Positions 9,100-16,286 of a stretch of 32,000 nt of DNA are shown here, in pieces. Source of the stretch: Cylindrospermopsis raciborskii Cr2010 (lineage in GTDB: Bacteria; Cyanobacteriota; Cyanobacteriia; Cyanobacteriales; Nostocaceae); the NCBI RefSeq assembly GCF_003367075.2, contig NZ_CP065936.1, forward strand, positions 1,230,001 through 1,262,000, given 5' to 3'. The notes under the pieces are model-generated. The model did not search any database. It worked only from the letters and a program-made list of their open reading frames with translations, and had not been told where the DNA came from. Positions within the stretch are counted from its first letter, which is position 1. Every line of letters begins with the position of its first letter. The translations under genes and the position numbers were made by a program.

Positions 9100-10563
9100 T
9101 TAGGTTTTATCTTTAACTTCTAGGGTAATTTTCCCCAACTTACGGACATCACCCACCTTTAAACTCTGAGTAGTAACTCTCATTTTCTTCATCCTAGCAT
9201 ATTCTTGGTCGAACTCCATGATAATATCACTTCCCTCCTTAAATATTCTAGCAGTAAGCGGTGCAAATCCGTCTGCTGCACTTAGGGGAATTTCCACGTT
9301 CACAGAAGTACCTATGGAAATTGGCCTGGTACCCAGTAAATATCTGGTCTGCTCCGTGGGTGTCCAATGCACTAACAAGTAAGGCTCTGAGTTTAACTGT
9401 TTTTGTTCAATCCAAGCAATCATCAATCCGATAAAAAACCCTAATATGGATACACCAGATAAGCGTCCCATAATGTCTCCTAGAATACTTGATGTAATTA
9501 GAAAGCCACCAGCACCGATTCCACCACCTACAGTTCCCCCCAGGAGGGCGTTTTTGAAGTTGAGATTGGGGACGAAGAATTTTGTGCCAGCTCCCACCAC
9601 CGCTCCCACAATCACCCAACCTCCAATTTTGGTAATTACTTCCAGACCAAGGATTCCTGAAAATGTTGTATTCACTGACAATACCACAAACAAAAATTGT
9701 CCACTTGCACCTGCGATGGTTCCTGCTACCAGACTACCAATAATAGTGATAATTCCCTTTTTCGCAGTTAATAATGGTAGTCGCATATAGCGATTTTGTC
9801 CCATAATTAAAGCCAAACATATTCCCATGGACAAAAACGCTGTCCAACCACCAATGCGGAATATGGAATAAGTAAAAGTATAGTTTTCACCAGTGTTGGA
9901 TTCAATCAACTGTTTATAAATTACCGCTTCTGCTTGGCTAAATGCTTGGTCAAATTGACCAGAATTAGCATAAAATACTAGGGAGCGATCGCCTGTGATT
10001 TGGGTTAAATAATTAGTGTCTGCACCTCCGGTAGCTACTGCAATTAGTTTAATTCCTGCATTTCTCACAGACAGGGCTGAATTGTAGGCAAAATTAGGAT
10101 CATCTGGTATTCCATCGGTAAATAAAATGATATTTTTGTTTAATGTTGTTGCTTGCAATTGATCTTGGGCAGTGTTAATACCTTCTCCCATAGGTGTTGA
10201 GCCATTTTCTAATAGTTGATTAATGGCATTATTTAAAATATTAATGTCGTTTGTCAATGGAGCAGGGGTTGCAACTGCTGAGCCAAAATTCACCACTGCT
10301 ATTTGATCTACTTCTAAGTTACGACGTTGCACAAACTGACTGGCGGCCGTTTTAACTTCCGTTAATTTACCATCACTCATGCTTGAGGATGTGTCAATTA
10401 ATAAGACTATCGCTTGAGGATTTGTTGTGGGTTTATTCCCACTTTTGGTTAGGGCTAGAAATGGTTCTCCTAGCAAGATTGCTGCTGTTAAACAGCCAGC
10501 GGATCCATATATGGCAAATAATAGGGTTTTGTTGTTTTTTAAGCGATTGATTAGGTTCAACAT
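9100..10563 (-). CDS. membrane vWA protein: signal-anchor + extracytoplasmic vWA + glycine-zipper TM bundle + C-terminal beta-rich (FHA-like?) domain
   Basis: A basic N-terminus is followed by TM1. MIDAS DTSSS lies at nt 10381-10395, with FTDG downstream. Five further hydrophobic, Gly-rich segments span aa ~232-386 (e.g. LLGGTVGGGIGAGGFLI). The last ~95 aa follow an FHA-like spacing but lack the canonical GR/SxxH/NG residues. Confidence 0.85.
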   Translation of the reverse strand: MLNLINRLKNNKTLLFAIYGSAGCLTAAILLGEPFLALTKSGNKPTTNPQAIVLLIDTSSSMSDGKLTEVKTAASQFVQRRNLEVDQIAVVNFGSAVATPAPLTNDINILNNAINQLLENGSTPMGEGINTAQDQLQATTLNKNIILFTDGIPDDPNFAYNSALSVRNAGIKLIAVATGGADTNYLTQITGDRSLVFYANSGQFDQAFSQAEAVIYKQLIESNTGENYTFTYSIFRIGGWTAFLSMGICLALIMGQNRYMRLPLLTAKKGIITIIGSLVAGTIAGASGQFLFVVLSVNTTFSGILGLEVITKIGGWVIVGAVVGAGTKFFVPNLNFKNALLGGTVGGGIGAGGFLITSSILGDIMGRLSGVSILGFFIGLMIAWIEQKQLNSEPYLLVHWTPTEQTRYLLGTRPISIGTSVNVEIPLSAADGFAPLTARIFKEGSDIIMEFDQEYARMKKMRVTTQSLKVGDVRKLGKITLEVKDKT

Positions 10564-10622
10564 TTTGCTTATGGTAAATTAGGTGTAATAAAATTCATGA
10601 TGCAATTCAATTCCGTGGTTTT

Positions 10623-11522
10623 TTATGGACTTCTTACCTTTATTTGAGTAACATACCAAGTGGCATTATTCTGATTCCAATCAAGATAAAATCTTAATCT
10701 GACTGGAAGTAATCGACGATTTTTCATACTATATTCACCTCGAAAATTAACGATAGCCGAGTTTTTATCTTCTGATTGAGTACCAACCCTAATTACCCTA
10801 ACACTCTCAACTTGCGTCCACCATCCTAAAAAGGAATCATAACCATTTGGATGTAAATTTAGATCTTCTTTAACTGTACTTGGATAAATATCCCAAGCAG
10901 TATCATACTGTTTATTATTGATCTTATCATAATAATCTCGAATTACTTGTTCAGGTGAAATTCTGGAAGTATTTTGTGTTGCTGTGTAGGACTTTTGAAC
11001 TGAATCTGCTCTTGGTGGTATTTGGGATTTAGTTTTAGGAATGGGTGCAGCTGTGGTAGCTATTACTGTCGATTTTTTTACTGAATCCTCCATAGTAACC
11101 GGATCGGATTTAAGGGTAGACCCTAAACCCACTTCTAAATTAAAATTTTTCACCCCTTGTGGTGCACCCACCTGTATGGTGTATTGACCAGTTTTAAGCA
11201 AATCTTTCCCTTTAACAATTTCAGTGTCTGGAGTAAATACCCAAATACAAACATCACTATCCGTACTGTAACTCAATTTATCCCCTGCTATTGCTGCAAA
11301 GGTGTACCCCACATGTTGCTCCACACTTACCTGGTTAGATTTACTAATTCTACCTTGATCGAATGTAAGGTTTTCAACATTTTTGGCATTTAATGAAACT
11401 GTAGGTTTATCAGGACAACCGGGTGAACTTAAAAGATTGGATGAAATAGATCCATGAGGATTGACTCCTTGACAACCGAGAAGTGATAAACAGGTGGAGC
11501 AAAAAATTATTTTTTTCAACAT
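10623..11522 (-). CDS. lipoprotein: beta-sandwich-like N-domain + NTF2-like C-domain
   Basis: I prefer the ATG at 11522 (MLKKIIFCSTCLSLLGC) because it aligns with the paralogue; the track start at 11555 adds 11 aa. Lipobox LLGC. The C-terminal pattern (VIRDYYDKIN..YDTAWDIY...W.V..I) is typical of NTF2-like domains seen at the ends of cyanobacterial kinases. Confidence 0.7.
   Translation of the reverse strand: MLKKIIFCSTCLSLLGCQGVNPHGSISSNLLSSPGCPDKPTVSLNAKNVENLTFDQGRISKSNQVSVEQHVGYTFAAIAGDKLSYSTDSDVCIWVFTPDTEIVKGKDLLKTGQYTIQVGAPQGVKNFNLEVGLGSTLKSDPVTMEDSVKKSTVIATTAAPIPKTKSQIPPRADSVQKSYTATQNTSRISPEQVIRDYYDKINNKQYDTAWDIYPSTVKEDLNLHPNGYDSFLGWWTQVESVRVIRVGTQSEDKNSAIVNFRGEYSMKNRRLLPVRLRFYLDWNQNNATWYVTQIKVRSP
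11125..11430. repeat. direct repeat copy 1 (shared lipoprotein N-domain DNA)
   Basis: Aligned by eye at a 947-bp offset. 11125-11354 is 230/230 identical to 12072-12301. The next 76 bp are about 87 percent identical, and similarity then collapses. Confidence 0.9.
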
Positions 11523-11584
11523 ACCAAAATTTTTACAATTTATAGCCGTATTCATCTACAACGGAAGCGGTCCAGAATGGTTAC

Positions 11585-12475
11585 CTATTGCCAAGCAGGA
11601 TAGACCTCAGAGATTTTCCACCTTGTGTTTTCTTTTTCAAAAAAATAAGTTAGATTTCTAGTGAACTTTCCCGATTTTGCCCTATCAATCCCATACCTAC
11701 TGTGTAAATATCTCTCCTCCCTTACTCTAACCCTAATATAAGGACGTTTCCCGGAATTTGAAAAATTAACCACTCTTTTTATTTCTGAAGAAATATATTC
11801 ATAATATGCTCCATTTTGTCTTAACCACTCCACTGGTCCATCAGCTTTAGTTGTAAAATTGTGCATTTTGCCCGTTGCTAATTGATCTACTAAATTGGTA
11901 TCAAAGGGTGATGCAAATATTTGAGGTTTTGCCGCGTACCATTGTTTAACCAGTTCCACAGCATCTTCTTGAGAAATATCATGTTCTGGCTGTAAATTAT
12001 TCTCTTTTGCATCTAAGTTTATTGTGGGAGTCGATTCAGTGGTGGGACTAATGTTAGTCTGTAAATCTCCCAAACCCACTTCTAAATTAAAATTTTTCAC
12101 CCCTTGTGGTGCACCCACCTGTATGGTGTATTGACCAGTTTTAAGCAAATCTTTCCCTTTAACAATTTCAGTGTCTGGAGTAAATACCCAAATACAAACA
12201 TCACTATCCGTACTGTAACTCAATTTATCCCCTGCTATTGCTGCAAAGGTGTACCCCACATGTTGCTCCACACTTACCTGGTTAGATTTACTAATTCTAC
12301 CCTGATTGAATGTGATTTTTTCAACATTTTTGGCATTTAATGAAACTGTCGGTTTATCAGAACAACCAGGTGAACCTAAATTAAGAATCCCCGTCCCTTT
12401 AGGGGTGGGGAGTGTCAATCCTTGACAACCCAGAAGTGATAGACAGGTGGAGTAAAAAATCATTTTCTTCAACAT
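11585..12475 (-). CDS. lipoprotein paralogue: same N-domain + DUF4101/ARC6-IMS-like C-domain
   Basis: Signal peptide MLKKMIFYSTCLSLLGC. The N-domain is nearly identical to the neighbour. The C-terminal AVELVKQWYAAKPQIF...NGAYYEY...WKISEV resembles the DUF4101 (ARC6 IMS) family as I recall it. Confidence 0.7.
   Translation of the reverse strand: MLKKMIFYSTCLSLLGCQGLTLPTPKGTGILNLGSPGCSDKPTVSLNAKNVEKITFNQGRISKSNQVSVEQHVGYTFAAIAGDKLSYSTDSDVCIWVFTPDTEIVKGKDLLKTGQYTIQVGAPQGVKNFNLEVGLGDLQTNISPTTESTPTINLDAKENNLQPEHDISQEDAVELVKQWYAAKPQIFASPFDTNLVDQLATGKMHNFTTKADGPVEWLRQNGAYYEYISSEIKRVVNFSNSGKRPYIRVRVREERYLHSRYGIDRAKSGKFTRNLTYFFEKENTRWKISEVYPAWQ
12072..12377. repeat. direct repeat copy 2
   Basis: Partner of 11125-11430. 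The identical 78-aa antisense ORFs in the track (11157.. and 12104..) are a by-product of this repeat. Confidence 0.9.
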
Positions 12476-12546
12476 ATCAAAATTATCTCATCTGTTATCT
12501 ACCAACCTTGATTTGAAATCCGTTCCTTTTAACAACCAACCAATTC

Positions 12547-13308
12547 CTATGGCAAAGTAAGAATCTCCACCCCATTTTCCGTTACCGCTATAGTATGCTC
12601 AAACTGAGCAGAAAGTTTTCTATCCCTTGTAATAGCAGTCCACCCATCAGCTAACATCTCAAACTCATAGGAACCCTCATTAATCATTGGTTCAATGGTA
12701 AAGACCATACCCGGTCTTAATAATCTACCAGTCCCCCTAGTGCCAAAATGAGGAATGTCTGGTGCAGTATGAAAAATCTTATTAATTCCATGACCGACAA
12801 AATCCCGCACCACCGAAAACCCATGACCCTCCGCATGCTCTTGAATAGCAGCACCAATGTCACCAATTCTCCCACCAGGTCTAATTTCTGCAATACCTAA
12901 ATACAAACACTTCTGTGTCACCTCTACCAATTTTTTGGCTATGGGCCTAGCTTCACCTACAATAAAGGTTTTAGATGTATCTCCATGATAACCATCTAAT
13001 ACAGGCGTTACATCAATGTTAATAATATCACCCTTCTTGAGAACCCGTTGTGAACTAGGAATGCCATGACAAATTACTTCATTTAAACTAGTACAAATTG
13101 ATTTAGGAAAGCCCATATAACCCAAGGGTGCGCTCTTGGCTCCATGAGCTTGTGTCCATGCTTCCGCTTCATCATTCAGTTCTTGAGTGGTTACACCAGG
13201 TTTAACCAAGGGTTCTAGGTGTTGTAATAGCTGAGCTGCTAGACTTCCAGCACGTCGCATTTTTTCTATTTCTCGTGCAGACAAAAGAATAATTTGTTTG
13301 GTGTTCAT
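12547..13308 (-). CDS. map: type I methionine aminopeptidase
   Basis: 253 aa. Shows the MAP pita-bread metal-ligand pattern: EVICHGIP, DIINIDVT...GYHGD, VGHGI, FTIEP, QFEHT. Confidence 0.9.
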   Translation of the reverse strand: MNTKQIILLSAREIEKMRRAGSLAAQLLQHLEPLVKPGVTTQELNDEAEAWTQAHGAKSAPLGYMGFPKSICTSLNEVICHGIPSSQRVLKKGDIINIDVTPVLDGYHGDTSKTFIVGEARPIAKKLVEVTQKCLYLGIAEIRPGGRIGDIGAAIQEHAEGHGFSVVRDFVGHGINKIFHTAPDIPHFGTRGTGRLLRPGMVFTIEPMINEGSYEFEMLADGWTAITRDRKLSAQFEHTIAVTENGVEILTLP

Positions 13309-13321
13309 CTAATAATCTTGA

Positions 13322-14323
13322 CTAATCTTGATCCAAAAATATTGTTAATCCGGTCTCAGCTGCTCTACGAGCTGCATCTGCAATTTTTAAAGTGTATAAA
13401 CTTTGTTCTGCAGTTACATATAAAGGGGAACCATGAAAAATATGATCTAAAACTATTTTAGTATCCCTAGCAAATAATCCCTGACGATTAGCAATTTCTA
13501 TTGACCTTGTGTCTTCCGATCCTATAAAAATTCCTTTATCCCCATCCAGAATCAAACCCCCGTTTTCAGCACTGACTTCTAATTTCCGTTCTGATTGCCA
13601 TATAGTTTCACCTTTGCCATAAATAACCTGAGCTAACAAACCATCGGCAAAACATAATTGGGTTGTACAAAGACAACCTTGATAATATTCCTCCTCTGTT
13701 TCCCAATATCGCTGATGACAATTCACTGTTACTACCTGACCAAATACATCAATGAGACGATGTAATCGCGATAATGCGCCCATTAGGGGAAATCCAAACA
13801 ATTGATGATTATAAGTCCATTTTCTCCGAGCTGGATGTTCCGCTTTCATAGTGCTGTAACGAACATAAAACAACTGTCCCAGCATAGGTAAGTTTTCTTT
13901 GAGTACCTGATGCCAACCACTCAGAAGTTCAATGTGCTCTACATGGAGCAGTCTTTTTTTGTCCTTTGCTAAAGCAATTAATTCCTCCGCATCTTTAAGA
14001 TTTAACGACAAAGGATACTCAACAACCAAATGTTTGTTATTATTCAATGCCGCACGGGCTATTTTACCATGATCTGAGTTGATTGTAGAAATAACTATTA
14101 AATCTACATCTTCTCTTCCTACTAACTCCTCCCAAGAATTGCTTACTTGGGTTTCGTAACTTTTTGCCAAAGCAGTTATCGATTCAGGAGAGTGTCCCGC
14201 AATAGCTATCAAATTCGCACGCTCATCCTGCTTAATTGCTTGAGATCTGTGTTTGGCTGCATACCCAGTGCCAATCAGGCCTACCCCTATGCTTTTTTCA
14301 GTAAACAGTCCGTAATTGTACAT
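13322..14323 (-). CDS. bvdR: Gfo/Idh/MocA-fold oxidoreductase, biliverdin reductase (BvdR)-like
   Basis: N-terminal GLIGTGYAA Rossmann motif. KHLVVEYPLSL...LLHVEHIELL and FGFPLMGALSRLHRLIDVFG parallel human BLVRA (KHVLVEYPMTL...[30 protein letters not shown]) as I recall that sequence. Confidence 0.55.
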   Translation of the reverse strand: MYNYGLFTEKSIGVGLIGTGYAAKHRSQAIKQDERANLIAIAGHSPESITALAKSYETQVSNSWEELVGREDVDLIVISTINSDHGKIARAALNNNKHLVVEYPLSLNLKDAEELIALAKDKKRLLHVEHIELLSGWHQVLKENLPMLGQLFYVRYSTMKAEHPARRKWTYNHQLFGFPLMGALSRLHRLIDVFGQVVTVNCHQRYWETEEEYYQGCLCTTQLCFADGLLAQVIYGKGETIWQSERKLEVSAENGGLILDGDKGIFIGSEDTRSIEIANRQGLFARDTKIVLDHIFHGSPLYVTAEQSLYTLKIADAARRAAETGLTIFLDQD

Positions 14324-14459
14324 AAAAATTTACCAGTTTACTCAATCAGTATAATTAAAGCTTATTCTTGAAAGTGTAACAGTTTTGTGGAAAAGTGAGC
14401 CAGAGGTAGTTACTAAGCTGTCCTGCACCTGGATTGCATAATAGGAAATTAACTAATCA

Positions 14460-14493
14460 AGCGATCGCACTTTCCTCACTCGGTGCGATCGCT
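14460..14493. repeat. HIP1-based hairpin (two GCGATCGC sites as an 11-bp inverted repeat)
   Basis: agcgatcgcac (14460-14470) and gtgcgatcgct (14483-14493) are perfect reverse complements separated by a 12-nt loop. Confidence 0.8.
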
Positions 14494-14663
14494 AACTAAG
14501 GCTATTAAATAGCTTTTATTGTTTTATAGGCGATGGCTTTAGAAAGTTAATTAAAAAATGTATTGGTCAATACTTGTTTTTTAAATGGGTCTATGAGAAC
14601 ATTCTGAAATACTACTAAATACCAATTGGAATTTAGTATTTTTATGGAAGGTTATTACTCTTG

Positions 14664-14693
14664 TTGACAATTATAATTGTCGGCGTTTAATAC
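14664..14693 (+). promoter_or_regulatory. candidate promoter with overlapping 16-bp perfect palindrome
   Basis: TTGACA at 14664-14669 and a TAATAC -10 candidate at 14688-14693 (18-bp spacer). The palindrome GACAATTATAATTGTC lies at 14666-14681, about 70 bp upstream of the tauD remnant. Confidence 0.3.
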
Positions 14694-14764
14694 GTAATAG
14701 AGTTTCAAACTTGCCTTAACCTAACCAATCTAAAATAGTGTTTATCAGTATCTAGGAGACACAG

Positions 14765-15140
14765 GTGACTTACCAACACTTAAAAATTAAACCTATTGCA
14801 GGACGTATTGGCGCGAAGATTTTGGAAATTGATTTGAAACAAAATCTCCAAGATGCAATTATTAATGAAAACTGAGTCTGATCATATTATTGGCTTATTG
14901 CAGTCATACGTAACACGTCCGGAAAACACAGTGCGCTGGCGGTGGAAAGTTGGTGATGTGGCATTTTGGGATAACCGGGCTACCCAACATTATGCTATAG
15001 CAGATTATGGTAATCAACCTCGGCGTGTGCAAAGGGTAACTATTGTAGGTGATGCACCTGTTTCCATTGATGGGCAAAAAAGTCAAAGTGTGAAAGGAGA
15101 TGCTTCTGTGTATAACAAACGGGTACCTGTAGCTGTTTAA
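14765..15140 (+). pseudogene. tauD: taurine/alpha-ketoglutarate dioxygenase (TauD/TfdA family) remnant with large internal deletion and frame change
   Basis: The GTG at 14765 opens 36 codons (VTYQHLKIKPIAGRIGAKILEIDL...) resembling the TauD N-terminus, ending at TGA 14873-14875. A different frame (14853-15140) encodes only the TauD C-terminus (RPENTVRWRWKVGDVAFWDNRATQHYA...). The central ~190 aa, including the HxD iron ligands, are absent. Confidence 0.8.
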
Positions 15141-15201
15141 GTTCAGATGTTAAAATGGGTATTCGGATGAATTTCAATCATAGGATTAGGATGGGTGTTA
15201 T

Positions 15202-15804
15202 ATGGTCAGAACCGCTTCCACAATGTTACCGTTGGGTACTTTAGCTCCAGATTTTAATTTGCCCGATGTGGTTTCTAACAAGACAGTTTCTTTGGCTGAT
15301 TTTGCCCATAAGAAGGGTTTGTTAGTCATTTTTTTGAGTCGTCATTGTCCCTTTGTGCAACACATCAAGTTAGAGTTGGCACAATTGGGCAAAGATTATT
15401 TACAAAGTAATCTGGGAATAGTAGCAATTAGTGCCAATGATATCAATAGTCATCCCGACGATGCACCGGAGTTTTTAAAAAGCTTCGCCCAAGAATTGGA
15501 TCTAACTTATCCTCTACTTTTTGATGAAACCCAGAAAACCGCCAAGGACTTTTTTGCCGCTTGTACTCCCGATTTCTTTCTCTTTGATGGTGAGCGCAAA
15601 CTGAGCTATCGCGGGCAATTAGATGACAGTCGTCCCGGTAATAATGAACCGGTCAATGGGAAGGATTTACGAGCCGCGATCAATGCTGTTTTGTCTGATA
15701 GAGAGGTGAACCGAAACCAAAAACCCAGCATTGGTTGCAATATTAAATGGCGTCTTGGAAATGAGCCTGTTTATTTCCAAAACCAAGCGATCGCAGTTTC
15801 CTGA
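15202..15804 (+). CDS. thioredoxin-fold redoxin (AhpC/TSA-like) family protein
   Basis: 200 aa. The LAPDFNLPD...LVIFLSRHCPFV pattern is typical of redoxin/thiol-disulfide oxidoreductase family proteins. Confidence 0.7.
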   Translation: MVRTASTMLPLGTLAPDFNLPDVVSNKTVSLADFAHKKGLLVIFLSRHCPFVQHIKLELAQLGKDYLQSNLGIVAISANDINSHPDDAPEFLKSFAQELDLTYPLLFDETQKTAKDFFAACTPDFFLFDGERKLSYRGQLDDSRPGNNEPVNGKDLRAAINAVLSDREVNRNQKPSIGCNIKWRLGNEPVYFQNQAIAVS

Positions 15805-15885
15805 TTGGATTTAATTTCCTTTACAGGTTAATGTTTTTGGGTTAGACTATTATTGGTAAATTTGTGTTATAGTCACAACTAAAAT

Positions 15886-15915
15886 ATAGGTATATTGATT
15901 AATCAATATACCTAT
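15886..15915. repeat. 30-bp perfect palindrome followed by a T-run
   Basis: ataggtatattgatt|aatcaatatacctat followed by tttt. It lies between the redoxin gene and the carbonic anhydrase remnant. The AT-rich stem could serve as a terminator or an operator. Confidence 0.6.
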
Positions 15916-15957
15916 TTTCTGAAGGGTTACTATTTTTAGCTACCGGTTAAAATAATC

Positions 15958-16215
15958 ATGAGTCAGATACTGAAAGAAGTTCTTACCGCTAATCAGAACT
16001 ATGCTGAAACATTTGGTGATAAAGGCAATTTACCTTTACCTCCTGCGCGGAGATTTACCATTTTGACCTGTATGGATGCCCGTTTAGATCCGGCAAAATT
16101 TGCTGGATTAACCGAAGGTGATGCTCATGTAATTCGTAACGCGGGTGGAAGGGTCAGTGATGATGCTATCAGGTCTTTAGTGATTTCATCCCACATTCCG
16201 CACCGTAAGCTGTGA
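15958..16215 (+). pseudogene. beta-class carbonic anhydrase, 3'-truncated
   Basis: The first ~77 aa match the beta-CA N-terminus, including the CxDxR zinc motif (TCMDAR) and NAGGRV. Homology stops near nt 16188, before the HxxC zinc ligands. The remaining 9 codons read into unrelated, IS-associated sequence. Confidence 0.75.
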
Positions 16216-16286
16216 CAGATCAAAGAGGATTCTGATGTAGTACATAATAACTAAAATTAATTCTAATAGAGACATAGTGTGAGAAA

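Noticed and set aside
9407-9790. 70-aa (-) and 114-aa (+) ORFs inside the membrane vWA gene
   Set aside because: Both are alternative-frame or antisense readings of the Gly-rich TM region, producing Pro/Gly/Trp-rich nonsense. The 487-aa frame carries the vWA motifs.
11157-12340. Two identical 78-aa plus-strand ORFs (11157-11393 and 12104-12340)
   Set aside because: Their identity is a by-product of the 230-bp perfect DNA repeat inside the lipoprotein genes. They are antisense to those genes and lack start context or motifs.
14853-15140. 95-aa ORF as a stand-alone small protein
   Set aside because: It is just the C-terminal end of TauD. The matching N-terminal 36 codons lie upstream in another frame, so I call it a pseudogene.
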